Source of the DNA: an uncultured Muribaculaceae bacterium
GTDB lineage: Bacteria > Bacteroidota > Bacteroidia > Bacteroidales > Muribaculaceae
Reading direction: 5' to 3'
NCBI GenBank assembly: GCA_910587355.1
Contig: CAJUKF010000009.1
Span: 3,308 to 67,307, forward strand
DNA: 64,000 nt
Below, piece by piece: positions 32,969-42,692 of this stretch. Each line of letters starts with the position of its first letter. Within the stretch, counting starts at the first letter, position 1. The translations under genes and the position numbers were made by a program. The notes beneath the pieces were generated by a model that had not been told where the DNA came from, searched no databases, and worked only from the letters and a program-made list of their open reading frames with translations.

Positions 32969-32985
32969 GGAGCTCAGATGCGGTG

Positions 32986-33594
32986 TCAATTGCTTTTGCT
33001 GCGCGACAGATGTCCCAGATAGCCTCCGTGGTGTCTTTTGGCATAGTCCTCGACAGAGAAACCGATTGCTGTCATCACATTCACCACAAGCACATCGCCA
33101 ATCACCGTCATCATCGTGGTGGAGGTGGTGGGCGTCAGGCCGAGAGGACATACTTCGGGAGCACCCCCGGTGAGCAGCGCTATGTCGGCGGCATGAACGA
33201 GAGGGCTGTCGGGCGTGCCAGAAATCACAATCACGGGGATGTCGGCGTAAAGACCGTGCAGAAGTTCGATGAGCTCGAGTATTTCGCGGGTCTTGCCGCT
33301 GTTGGATATGAGCAGCACTATATCATTGGGCTGCACCACTCCAAGGTCGCCGTGCTGGGCCTCGCTGGGATGGAGGTTCACAGCTGGAGTACCCGTGGAT
33401 GAGAATGTGGTGGCTATGTTCATCGCTATCTGTCCGGCCTTGCCCATGCCTGCGGTGATGAGCTTGCCACCGCGGCGGTGCACGCGCTCGACAATGGCTT
33501 CGACGGCCTCTTCATAGGCGTCGGAAACGGGAATGGCGCTTATTGCGGCGCTCTCGGCCCGGAGGATTTCGCGCATTGACTGTTTTACGTCCAT
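32986..33594 (-). CDS. KpsF/GutQ-type SIS-domain sugar isomerase (arabinose-5-phosphate isomerase-like, no CBS domains)
   Basis: GMGKAGQIA, STGTPA, HPSEAQHGDLG, SNSGKTRE, PLGLTPTTST, HHGGYLG. Confidence 0.9.
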   Translation of the reverse strand: MDVKQSMREILRAESAAISAIPVSDAYEEAVEAIVERVHRRGGKLITAGMGKAGQIAMNIATTFSSTGTPAVNLHPSEAQHGDLGVVQPNDIVLLISNSGKTREILELIELLHGLYADIPVIVISGTPDSPLVHAADIALLTGGAPEVCPLGLTPTTSTTMMTVIGDVLVVNVMTAIGFSVEDYAKRHHGGYLGHLSRSKSN

Positions 33595-33632
33595 ATCTTT
33601 GTTGTTGCTATGGTTGAAAAGCGGTTGCAAAA

Positions 33633-34787
33633 TTAAACATTTTTTACGGCACGGCAATCGCCAAGTCTCACAATAAATGAAAAAAGACTCCCGGGAGGGG
33701 CCATGTCGAGGGTGCCGGAGTGCATGCGTCCGCCGCTCATGGAGGCATCGAACACACCTGCCCTGTCTGCCGGGGTGTTGGTGTGTATGGAGAAACTGCC
33801 TTCGCTTCCTTCTGCCGCGTAACGGTCGTAAAAACGGCGGCACAGATGTCCCATGGTCATGCGGAAATTGATTTCTGTGACGGGCGCGAGACGGTATGAA
33901 CCGCCATCGACTATCATCATGTCAACGCCTAAGGGTCCTTCATAGTTTGCTCCGGCTGTCTGTTCGAGCGCGGGGATGAGGGCATCGCGTACGGCCACGG
34001 GCTGTTCGCTGCCGGCAAGAGAGGCTATCTGCTCCATGAGCATGCTGTCGGAGGCGAGCCTGTTGCCGGCGTAGGTGCCGAACTGCACGTTGGTGAACAC
34101 CGACAGTCCGGCGAAAGAACAGTGCCCCCGGCGGAGGTTGAACAGCATGGCGAAATCGAGCACTTTTTTATGCCGCGGTTCTGCCATGACAGAGCCCTGG
34201 CGTCTGAGCATCCCCTCGAACATATTCGATTGGGAGCGGGCTGTGACGGGGTCGGTGGCTACGAGTCCCCGGCCCGATGACGACCAGGGCAGTTTGAGTA
34301 CCGTGCCCTGCGGATGTGCGTTTATGAAATCGTTGATTTCCGCAACAGTGCGGAGTTCCTGTGCCGGAGGGGCTACCTCGAAAGGCAGCTTCCCGGCAAT
34401 CAGTCGCGATACTTCTGCTGCCGTACGCCGGTGAGAAAGGGCCCGTATCGCATCGAGTTCGGCATCGGATGGCAATAGGGAAGAGTCATAGCCGAGGTCG
34501 GCGAAAAACTGACGCGCGCCTTTTGACCATCCCCATGGAGCGGGGGACAGGCCTTCGGTAATATGGTCGAAAGGTTCTATGCCTGTGTCGAATGTATCGC
34601 GGATACGTCGTATCCAATCCGCATTGATGCCTTCGCAGTAAAAACGGTCGCCTCGGTCGGCGTACCATAACGGCAGTGCATAGCCCGAACGGCGCAGCTG
34701 CGTGGCGGCCGGGGGTGCTGTATAGCGCGGTATATTCCTGGCGAGCGCGAGGTCGTTTTCCGGATAGAAAAGATTCAGGCTTGCCAC
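33633..34787 (-). CDS. Conserved hypothetical protein, ATP-grasp-like
   Basis: PENDLALA, PWGWS, VLKLPWSSSGRG, GPLGVDMM, EINFRMTMG (ExNxR). Confidence 0.7.
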   Translation of the reverse strand: MASLNLFYPENDLALARNIPRYTAPPAATQLRRSGYALPLWYADRGDRFYCEGINADWIRRIRDTFDTGIEPFDHITEGLSPAPWGWSKGARQFFADLGYDSSLLPSDAELDAIRALSHRRTAAEVSRLIAGKLPFEVAPPAQELRTVAEINDFINAHPQGTVLKLPWSSSGRGLVATDPVTARSQSNMFEGMLRRQGSVMAEPRHKKVLDFAMLFNLRRGHCSFAGLSVFTNVQFGTYAGNRLASDSMLMEQIASLAGSEQPVAVRDALIPALEQTAGANYEGPLGVDMMIVDGGSYRLAPVTEINFRMTMGHLCRRFYDRYAAEGSEGSFSIHTNTPADRAGVFDASMSGGRMHSGTLDMAPPGSLFSFIVRLGDCRAVKNV

Positions 34788-34800
34788 TTCGGTGATGAAA

Positions 34801-35415
34801 TTAGAATACCACGCCTATGCGGAGCGATGCATTGCTCAGATTGGGCTGATGCAGAGTCTCTTCGTCGACGAGGATTGACTTGCGCTGTACGTAGGTGTAG
34901 CCCAGCGACATATATGACGAGAAACTTGCTCCCGAGGCCAGAAGCATGGATGCGCCGGTATAGAAGAATGCCCCCGTGGTGTTGGCTGCGTTTTCGTGAT
35001 ACTGCAGGGCGAGGCCTCCGCGCACCTCCCAGAATACGCGCGAAGGCTTATCGGTGAAATTGGTGCGGAAAATGGCGTAAATCGGGAAGTAGCGGTTGGA
35101 GTTCGACACCGTGATGTCGGCTTCGGCTCCGAGACCGAAGAAACGTATCCAGCGCCAGCGCAGGCCCGTCGACAGATTGAGGGCTATTGTGCTCATGTCG
35201 TTGCCCGAAAGGTCGACGTTGGCGCCTGCTTCCGCACCCCACGAAAATAGGGGACGGCTGTGCGAGGCTTCATAAAAAGCAAGCTCTGAAACACGTTCTT
35301 TCTGTGCAGGCACCTGTGGAGTGGTGACGGCGGCAGAGTCTGCGTGCACGCTTGCGGCCAGTGCCGGTACGAAAGCGGCGAGAATCAGTAATATGGCGGT
35401 AAGACAGCGAATCAT
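34801..35415 (-). CDS. Hypothetical outer-membrane beta-barrel protein
   Basis: Signal peptide, alternating amphipathic strands, C-terminal ..LRIGVVF. Confidence 0.65.
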   Translation of the reverse strand: MIRCLTAILLILAAFVPALAASVHADSAAVTTPQVPAQKERVSELAFYEASHSRPLFSWGAEAGANVDLSGNDMSTIALNLSTGLRWRWIRFFGLGAEADITVSNSNRYFPIYAIFRTNFTDKPSRVFWEVRGGLALQYHENAANTTGAFFYTGASMLLASGASFSSYMSLGYTYVQRKSILVDEETLHQPNLSNASLRIGVVF

Positions 35416-36278
35416 GCCTTTGTCTTTTCAAAAGTCATAGATGACCAGTTGTCTATATCGGCCACGCTCCTGAGTGAGAGGCCAGCGTCGGAAGCGGCCC
35501 TCTCCACCACAGGCCTGTCCTCCACATAGAAGCCGCTCACGGTGATTGTGGCACCGGGTTTCATGGCGGCAGCGTAGCGGCTGATGTCGCCGGTGATGAT
35601 GTTGCGGTTGATGTTGGCGAGGAAAATGTCGGCAAAGCCGGGAAGCGCGTCGAGAGCCGATGCGTCGCCCGTGATGACGTTCACGTGGCTGTCGGGGAGA
35701 TTGAGTGCCACGTTGTCGCGTGCGTTTTCGGCGGCGTATGGGTCTATTTCAATAGCCTGCACGTCGGAGGCTCCCAGCATGTCGGCGAGAATGGCGAGGA
35801 TGCCAGTCCCGGTGCCCATGTCTATCACCTTTGCGCCTCTGATGTTTTCATTGGCGAGCAGCGACTTCATCATAAGGGTAGTGGTGGCGTGGTGGCCCGT
35901 GCCGAATGCCATACGCGGGTCAATGACGATATCGTATCTGGCCTGCGGCACATCGGTGTGAAACGAGCTGTGAACGGCCACGAGGCCGGCTACCACAATA
36001 GGCTTGAAGTAGTTCTTTTCCCACTCGCTGTTCCAGTCGCGGCCTTCGACAAATTCGGCAGCGTATGAGATTTCAACCGGAATCGGCTGGGCGGATATTG
36101 CCCGGGCCACAGCTTCCTCGCTATAGGTTGAGGCGGGAACGTAAGCCACCATTGACGAACCGTCATCTGCCGGTTCGAAACTCTCGAATCCGGCTTCGGC
36201 CAGTGTATCGGCGAGCAAATCGCAGGCGTCGGTATCGGCGGGCGTGACGGTGAATGTCACTTTATAATAATCGTTCAT
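35412..36278 (-). CDS. prmA: Ribosomal protein L11 methyltransferase
   Basis: DWNSEWEKNYF, IDPRMAFGTGHHATT, IDMGTGTGILAI, LANINRN. Confidence 0.95.
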   Translation of the reverse strand: MNDYYKVTFTVTPADTDACDLLADTLAEAGFESFEPADDGSSMVAYVPASTYSEEAVARAISAQPIPVEISYAAEFVEGRDWNSEWEKNYFKPIVVAGLVAVHSSFHTDVPQARYDIVIDPRMAFGTGHHATTTLMMKSLLANENIRGAKVIDMGTGTGILAILADMLGASDVQAIEIDPYAAENARDNVALNLPDSHVNVITGDASALDALPGFADIFLANINRNIITGDISRYAAAMKPGATITVSGFYVEDRPVVERAASDAGLSLRSVADIDNWSSMTFEKTKA

Positions 36279-36304
36279 CGTATGTATCAGCAGTTATGTG
36301 TGCA

Positions 36305-36352
36305 CAAAGTTAAGCATTTTTATGGACGCTATGAAAAAAATTACTAATTTTG
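36305..36352. promoter_or_regulatory. Divergent sigma-A promoters for prmA (-) and fur-purA (+)
   Basis: TAACTTTG on the minus strand (36305-36312) and TAATTTTG on the plus strand (36345-36352). Confidence 0.6.
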
Positions 36353-36366
36353 CCCGAAGAAACGTA

Positions 36367-36882
36367 ATGCACCAGATGACAGCTGTCAGCATACCACCTA
36401 CGGCCTCGGCCGCCGCTTTCGCAGAATACATGAGGCAGACGGGCCGCAGATGCACGCCTGAGCGCTTTCTTGTGCTTGCCGCTGCCGAAAGCCTTCAGGG
36501 GCATTTCACGGTGAGGGCGGTGACAGATGTGCTGCGGCACAACTCGACTCATGTGTCGGCAGCCACGGTATACTCCACCATGCAGATGCTTGTAGACTGT
36601 GGTATGCTCCGTAAGCTTTTTATTGACGATGCCGTGACGATGTTCGAGATGGCATCGTCGTGCCACAATCACCTTGTGTGCACCAAATGCGGCAAAATCA
36701 AGAACCTCCGTGACCCTGAGCTCGACGAGCTGCTGCGTGCGCGCCGTTTTTCGGCATTTACACCGGCTTATGCCACCATTTCGGTGTATGGCATTTGCTC
36801 CACATGTGCCCGCAGAAACCGCAAGGTGTCATCCGAACAGAAAAAACAGTCTAAATCAGTCATATCAAAATCCAGAAAATGA
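36367..36882 (+). CDS. Fur-family transcriptional regulator
   Basis: RCTPERF, HFT, VSAATVYST, HNHLVCTKCG, YGICSTC. The start is placed after the -7 element. Confidence 0.85.
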   Translation: MHQMTAVSIPPTASAAAFAEYMRQTGRRCTPERFLVLAAAESLQGHFTVRAVTDVLRHNSTHVSAATVYSTMQMLVDCGMLRKLFIDDAVTMFEMASSCHNHLVCTKCGKIKNLRDPELDELLRARRFSAFTPAYATISVYGICSTCARRNRKVSSEQKKQSKSVISKSRK

Positions 36883-38177
36883 AAGCCGATATTCTTTTAG
36901 GTCTCCAGTGGGGCGACGAGGGCAAAGGCAAGATTGTCGATGTTCTCGCTCCCGATTATGATATAGTAGCTCGTTTCCAGGGCGGTCCGAATGCGGGCCA
37001 CACCCTTGAATTCGACGGACACAAGCATGTGCTCCGCTCCATTCCCTCGGGCGTTTTCGCCAAAGGGGCCATTACAAATGTTATCGGCAACGGCGTTGTG
37101 CTCGACCCAGTGCTCTTCCGCAAGGAGGCCGCTGAGCTCGAAGCCGACGGCGTAGACCTCCACGACATACTCCGCATATCCAAGAAGGCTCATCTCATCA
37201 TGCCAACTCACCGTCTGCTCGACGCTGCCGGCGAGGCTCAGATGGGCGCAGGTAAAATCGGCACTACAGGCAAGGGAATCGGTCCGACATATTCCGACAA
37301 GATTTCGCGTCACGGCCTGCGTGTGGGCGATATCCTCGACGATAACTTCGATGCGATTTATGCCGCCGCCCGCGACCGTCACATACGCACTCTCAGGAAC
37401 ATGGATGCCGTGATTGACACCGAAGCACTGACAAAGAACGAGCAGGAGTGGCTCGATGCTCTCGAGTATCTGCGTTCGTTCAAGCTCACCGACACGGAGC
37501 ATTTCGTGAACAAGGCTCTCGACAACGACAACAGCATACTCTGCGAAGGGGCTCAGGGCACCATGCTCGACATAGATTTCGGTTCGTATCCTTTTGTTAC
37601 CTCGAGCAACACAGTGGCTGCCGGCGCTTGCACCGGTCTCGGTCTCGCTCCCTCGCGCATCGGCAAGGTCTACGGTATCTTCAAGGCATACTGCACCCGT
37701 GTTGGCAGCGGTCCCTTCCCGACCGAACTTTTCGATGCCACCGGTGATGAAATCCGCTCTATCGGACACGAATACGGTGCCGTGACAGGACGTGAACGCC
37801 GTTGCGGCTGGCTCGACCTCGTGGCTCTCCGTTACTCCGTGATGATTAACGGCGCCACCGACCTCATTCTCATGAAGAGCGACGTGCTCGACACATTCGA
37901 CACCATCAAGGTCTGCACCGCCTACCGTCTGCCCGACGGCACTGTGACCACCGACTTCCCCTATTGCGTGGGCCACAACGCCGAAGGCAAGGCCGATGTG
38001 GAACCCATATATGAAGAACTTCCCGGCTGGCTCACCGATATATCGGCCGCACGCCGCGAGAGCGAGCTTCCCCAGGCTTTCCGCGACTATATCGCATATA
38101 TCGAGAAGCACGTGGGCGTGCCCGTGACAATCATTTCTGTCGGCCCCGACCGCGAAGAGACAATCGTACGCGGCTGA
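36879..38177 (+). CDS. purA: Adenylosuccinate synthetase
   Basis: GLQWGDEGKGKIVD, QGGPNAGHT, IGTTGKGIGP, EGAQG, YGAVTGRERRCGWLD. Confidence 0.98.
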   Translation: MKADILLGLQWGDEGKGKIVDVLAPDYDIVARFQGGPNAGHTLEFDGHKHVLRSIPSGVFAKGAITNVIGNGVVLDPVLFRKEAAELEADGVDLHDILRISKKAHLIMPTHRLLDAAGEAQMGAGKIGTTGKGIGPTYSDKISRHGLRVGDILDDNFDAIYAAARDRHIRTLRNMDAVIDTEALTKNEQEWLDALEYLRSFKLTDTEHFVNKALDNDNSILCEGAQGTMLDIDFGSYPFVTSSNTVAAGACTGLGLAPSRIGKVYGIFKAYCTRVGSGPFPTELFDATGDEIRSIGHEYGAVTGRERRCGWLDLVALRYSVMINGATDLILMKSDVLDTFDTIKVCTAYRLPDGTVTTDFPYCVGHNAEGKADVEPIYEELPGWLTDISAARRESELPQAFRDYIAYIEKHVGVPVTIISVGPDREETIVRG

Positions 38178-38185
38178 ACAATAAA

Positions 38186-38235
38186 TTCAATCCGGCGGCC
38201 CATTGCCCGCACATGCCTTGTGTCGCCGGATTGAA
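38186..38235. other. Intergenic stem-loop between purA and the DUF1015 gene
   Basis: TTCAATCCGGCGGC ... GTCGCCGGATTGAA, a ~14 bp stem with a large loop and a weak U-tail. Confidence 0.5.
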
Positions 38236-38285
38236 CTTCTTACAAGAACCTTAAAATACCTTAACTATACCCCAATTGAGAAACC

Positions 38286-39530
38286 ATGGCTAAAGTAAAA
38301 CCATTCAAGGGCATACGCCCGCCACGCGAAATGGTCACCGAAGTGGCTTCGCGTCCTTATGACGTGCTCAACAGCGAAGAGGCGCGCGCAGAGGCCGAAG
38401 GCAATCCCAAATCGCTTTACCATATCATCAAGCCCGAAATCGATTTTCCTGCCGGTACCGACGAGCATGACCCGTGTGTCTACGAGCGCGCACGGCAGAA
38501 TTTCGATGCTTTCCAGACCAACGGCTGGCTTGTGCAGGACAAGAAAGACCACTATTACATATATGCCCAGACCATGGACGGCCGCACACAATACGGATTT
38601 GTGGTGGCCGCCAATGTAGACGACTATATGAGCGGACGCATCAAGAAGCATGAGCTCACGCGCCGCGACAAGGAAGAAGACCGCATGAAACATGTGCGTG
38701 TGAACAACGCCAATGTCGAGCCCGTATTCTTCGCATTTCCTGACAATCCCGTACTCGAAGAAATCATAAAGAAAGTGACAGCTACGCCGGCCGAGTACGA
38801 TTTCACGGCTCCGGACGGCTTCGGTCATCATTTCTGGGTGATTGACGATGATGACACCATTGCCGCTATCACTGAGGCTTTCGCGCAGATGCCCTCGCTC
38901 TACATCGCCGACGGTCACCATCGCTCGGCTGCCGCCGCTCTTGTGGGTCATGAGAAGGCCCTTGCCAATCCGAATCACCGAGGCGACGAGGAGTACAATT
39001 ACTTCCTTGCCGTGGCTTTCCCGGCATCCCATCTCCGCATTATCGACTATAACCGCGTAGTGCGCGACCTCAACGGCCTCTCGCCGGCAGAGTTCCTCGA
39101 GCGTCTTGAGAAATCGTTCGTAGTGGAGGACAAAGGCACCGAAATCTATCATCCCGAGGCTCTACATACCTTCGCGCTCTATCTCGAAGGCCGCTGGTAT
39201 AAACTCATTGCCCGTCCCGGCACATACAATGACGATGACCCGATTGGCGTGCTCGATGTGACAATATCGTCGGATTACATTCTCCGCGACATAATCGGCA
39301 TTACCGACTTGCGCTCCGACAAGCGCATCGATTTCGTCGGCGGCATCCGTGGCCTCGAAGAACTCAAGCGCCGCGTAGACTCCGGCGAAATGGCATTTGC
39401 TCTCGCACTTTATCCTGTTAGCATGAAGCAGCTTATGGATATCGCCGACTCGGGTAATATAATGCCGCCCAAGACTACATGGTTCGAACCGAAGCTCCGT
39501 TCGGGCCTTGTCGTGCACTCGCTCGAATAA
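38286..39530 (+). CDS. DUF1015 family protein
   Basis: PYDV, IKKHELTR..KE.DR, YIADGHHRSAAA, DYNRVV, MPPKTTWFEPKLRSGL. Confidence 0.92.
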   Translation: MAKVKPFKGIRPPREMVTEVASRPYDVLNSEEARAEAEGNPKSLYHIIKPEIDFPAGTDEHDPCVYERARQNFDAFQTNGWLVQDKKDHYYIYAQTMDGRTQYGFVVAANVDDYMSGRIKKHELTRRDKEEDRMKHVRVNNANVEPVFFAFPDNPVLEEIIKKVTATPAEYDFTAPDGFGHHFWVIDDDDTIAAITEAFAQMPSLYIADGHHRSAAAALVGHEKALANPNHRGDEEYNYFLAVAFPASHLRIIDYNRVVRDLNGLSPAEFLERLEKSFVVEDKGTEIYHPEALHTFALYLEGRWYKLIARPGTYNDDDPIGVLDVTISSDYILRDIIGITDLRSDKRIDFVGGIRGLEELKRRVDSGEMAFALALYPVSMKQLMDIADSGNIMPPKTTWFEPKLRSGLVVHSLE

Positions 39531-39652
39531 AAATTTACGAGGAATATTCAAAAAAACTCCGTACCTTTGTGGCGTCGGCCTGTGGTCGGCGCCATACCAT
39601 AAAAAACATAGCAAATTACCAGTAACTCAAATATATCTTCAAATTTTAAATC

Positions 39653-41503
39653 ATGTTGGAGAATACCAATGTAAAGACACTCGACAAGGTTGTGGTGCGC
39701 TTTTCGGGCGATTCCGGTGACGGAATGCAGCTTGCAGGCAATATCTTCACCAATGTGTCGGCCGGTCTTGGAAATCAGGTTTCCACCTTCCCTGATTATC
39801 CTGCCGAGATACGCGCTCCCCAAGGTTCGCTCGGCGGCGTTTCCGGCTTTCAGGTAAGTGTCGGCACGGGCGTACATACCCCCGGCGACGCGTGCGACGT
39901 GCTCATTGCCATGAACGCTGCCGCACTTAAGACAAACCACCGTTTCCTTAAATCAGGCGGTGTGATTATTGTCGACATCGATTCGTTCAAGGAAGCAGAC
40001 CTGCGCAAGGCCCAGTATAGCACCAACACTCCCTTCGAGGAACTCGGCATCAAGGCGCAGATAGTGGAAGTGCCTGTCACTTCCATGACAAAGGCGGCTC
40101 TCGCCGACAGCGGTCTCGATAACAAGAGCGTGCTCAAATGCCGCAATATATTTGCGCTCGGTCTTGTATGCTGGCTCTTCGACCGTCCGCTCGAGAGTGC
40201 CCTGCATCATCTCCGTAAGAAATTCGTCAAAAAGCCGGCTGTGTTCGAAGCCAATGCCAAAGTGCTGCAGGCCGGCTTCGATTACGGCTCGAACATACAC
40301 GCTTCCGTATCCACCTACCGTGTGGAGACCGAAGACCCGCGTCCGGGCGTATACACCGATATAAACGGCAATACCGCCACTGCATGGGGGCTGATTATGG
40401 CCTCGGAGAAATGCGGCCGTCCTCTTTTCCTCGGCTCGTACCCCATTACTCCGGCCACCGATATTCTTCACGAGCTTGCCAAGCGCAAGGACCTCGGCGT
40501 GAAAGCCTGTCAGATGGAAGATGAAATCGCCGGTGTATGTTCGGCAATCGGTGCTGCGTTCGCAGGTGATTTGGCTGTGACATCTACTTCGGGTCCGGGC
40601 CTCGCGCTGAAGAGCGAGGGCATCGGTCTTGCAGTCATGGCTGAGCTCCCTCTTGTAGTGATTGACGTGCAGCGCGGCGGTCCCTCGACAGGTCTGCCCA
40701 CCAAGACCGAACAGACCGACCTCATGCAGGCTCTCTATGGCCGCAACGGCGAGTCGCCCGTGGCCGTAGTAGCTCCGGCATCGCCCACCGACTGCTTTAC
40801 TATGGCTTTCGAGGCATGCCGTATCGCCGTTGAGCATATGACACCCGTGATTCTGCTGAGCGATGCCTTTATCGGCAACGGCTCTTCAGCATGGCGTGTG
40901 CCCGACGAAGATGAATATCCTGCTATCAAGACTCCCGACGTGCCCCGTGAACTCCTCGAAAACGGCACTTGGCGCCCGTATATGCGCGCCGAGGATTTGC
41001 ACCGTTTCTGGCCCATGAGCGGCACGGAAGGCGCCACACACCGTCTCGGCGGCCTTGAGAAAGATGCCGAGACAGGTGCGATTTCCAACAGCCCCGAGAA
41101 TCATGAGAAGATGGTGATGCTCCGCCGTCAGAAAGTTGCCAATATCGCCAACGACATACCTCTGCTCGATGTATGCGGCAATGCCGATGCCGACACTCTG
41201 CTTGTGGGCTGGGGCGGCACATACGGACATCTCCGCTCGGCCTGCGATGAACTCAACGCCCAGGGCACCCCAGTGGCACTGGCTCACTTCCGCTATATCA
41301 ATCCTCTGCCTGCAAACACAGCGGAGGTGCTCGCACGCTACAAGCGCGTGATTGTGGCCGAACTCAACACCGGCATGTTCGCAGACTATCTGCAGTGCCG
41401 CTATCCCGAAACCCGCATTTCCCGTATCAATAAAATACAGGGTCAGCCCTTCTCCGTGAGCGAACTCGTGGAGAAAACCCGTAAAATAATTGAGGAGGCA
41501 TAA
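39653..41503 (+). CDS. korA: 2-oxoacid:ferredoxin oxidoreductase alpha subunit (gamma-alpha fusion)
   Basis: FSGDSGDGMQL, YPAEIRAP, GSYPITPA, EDEIAG, QRGGPSTGLPT; -7 element TACCTTTG at 39562. Confidence 0.9.
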   Translation: MLENTNVKTLDKVVVRFSGDSGDGMQLAGNIFTNVSAGLGNQVSTFPDYPAEIRAPQGSLGGVSGFQVSVGTGVHTPGDACDVLIAMNAAALKTNHRFLKSGGVIIVDIDSFKEADLRKAQYSTNTPFEELGIKAQIVEVPVTSMTKAALADSGLDNKSVLKCRNIFALGLVCWLFDRPLESALHHLRKKFVKKPAVFEANAKVLQAGFDYGSNIHASVSTYRVETEDPRPGVYTDINGNTATAWGLIMASEKCGRPLFLGSYPITPATDILHELAKRKDLGVKACQMEDEIAGVCSAIGAAFAGDLAVTSTSGPGLALKSEGIGLAVMAELPLVVIDVQRGGPSTGLPTKTEQTDLMQALYGRNGESPVAVVAPASPTDCFTMAFEACRIAVEHMTPVILLSDAFIGNGSSAWRVPDEDEYPAIKTPDVPRELLENGTWRPYMRAEDLHRFWPMSGTEGATHRLGGLEKDAETGAISNSPENHEKMVMLRRQKVANIANDIPLLDVCGNADADTLLVGWGGTYGHLRSACDELNAQGTPVALAHFRYINPLPANTAEVLARYKRVIVAELNTGMFADYLQCRYPETRISRINKIQGQPFSVSELVEKTRKIIEEA

Positions 41504-41505
41504 TC

Positions 41506-42519
41506 ATGGACGAAAAGACTTTCATTCCCGGCGATTTCAAGAGCGACCAGGCCGTGCGCTGGTGCCCCGGATGCGGCGACCACGCCATTCTCAACACCCT
41601 TCACAAGGCCATGGCGGCTCTGGGTGTCCCTCCTCACAAGACGGCTGTCATTTCGGGCATCGGATGCTCGTCGCGTCTGCCTTACTACATGAACACTTAC
41701 GGTTTCCATACCATTCACGGACGCGCTGCCGCCGTAGCCACAGGCTACAAGGTGGCTAATCCCGAGATGACCGTATGGCAGATTTCAGGCGATGGCGACG
41801 GACTTGCAATCGGCGGCAATCATTTCATTCACGCCGTGCGCCGCAACGTCGACATCAACATCGTGCTCTTCAACAACAAAATCTACGGTCTCACCAAGGG
41901 CCAGTATTCTCCTACGAGCGACCGCGGATTTGTAAGTAAGTCGAGTCCCTACGGCACTGTCGAAGACCCCTTCATCCCTGCGGAACTTGTGTTCGGCGCA
42001 CGCGGCAACTTCTTCGCCCGCTCGATTGACGTGGAACTTGACACATCGGTCAAAGTTCTTGAGGCTGCCGCCCGTCACAAGGGTACCTCAGTTGTTGAGA
42101 TTCTCCAGAACTGCGTGATTTTCAACAACGGTATCCACACCGGCATCACCGACCGCGAGGTTCGCGCCGACCGCACGATACTTCTGCGCCACGGCGAGAA
42201 AATGCTCTTCGGCAAGAACATGGACCGAGGCCTTGTGCAGGACGGTTTTCTGCTCAAGGCTGTGAATGTCGGTCAGGACGGATATACTCTCGACGATGTG
42301 CTTGTTCACGATGCCCACACACCTTCCAACTTCCTGCATCAGCAGCTTGCCATGATGGACGGCCACGAACTGCCGCTCGCCGTAGGTGTGATTCGCGATG
42401 TTGAGGCTCCTACGTACAACGACGGTGTGTCGCAGCAGGTGGAGGAAGTACGCGCACGCAAGGGATTCTCCAAGCTCCGCGACATGATTCTCGCCGGAGA
42501 CACATGGACTGTTGATTAA
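41506..42519 (+). CDS. korB: 2-oxoacid:ferredoxin oxidoreductase beta subunit
   Basis: WCPGCGD, SGIGCSSR, HGRA, TPP-binding GDGD..AIGGNH, NNKIYGLTKGQ. Confidence 0.92.
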   Translation: MDEKTFIPGDFKSDQAVRWCPGCGDHAILNTLHKAMAALGVPPHKTAVISGIGCSSRLPYYMNTYGFHTIHGRAAAVATGYKVANPEMTVWQISGDGDGLAIGGNHFIHAVRRNVDINIVLFNNKIYGLTKGQYSPTSDRGFVSKSSPYGTVEDPFIPAELVFGARGNFFARSIDVELDTSVKVLEAAARHKGTSVVEILQNCVIFNNGIHTGITDREVRADRTILLRHGEKMLFGKNMDRGLVQDGFLLKAVNVGQDGYTLDDVLVHDAHTPSNFLHQQLAMMDGHELPLAVGVIRDVEAPTYNDGVSQQVEEVRARKGFSKLRDMILAGDTWTVD

Positions 42520-42586
42520 TCACGTATAAACCATATATTCGGCGCCGTGTATATAGAATCAAAATGATGCGCAGCATCATGTCAAA

Positions 42587-42692
42587 TGTACGGACGTGCC
42601 TTTGGCACGTATCAAATGTTCGGTAGCTAATGAATTTATAATTAGTAACTTGAAACAATTTCGTAGATACGTGCCAAAGGCACGTCCGTACA
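42587..42692. repeat. Inverted pair of REP-like palindromes (REPIN-like)
   Basis: 27 bp perfect inverted repeat TGTACGGACGTGCCTTTGGCACGTATC at 42587-42613 and 42666-42692. Each arm is itself palindromic (ACGTGCC-nnn-GGCACGT); the spacer is 52 nt and AT-rich. Confidence 0.8.

Noticed and set aside
32969..33151. His/Cys-rich N-terminal extension of the PfkB ORF (HHLHHDDD..CACGEC)
   Set aside because: It overlaps the SIS gene in another frame; the real start is MKKIIC at 32968.
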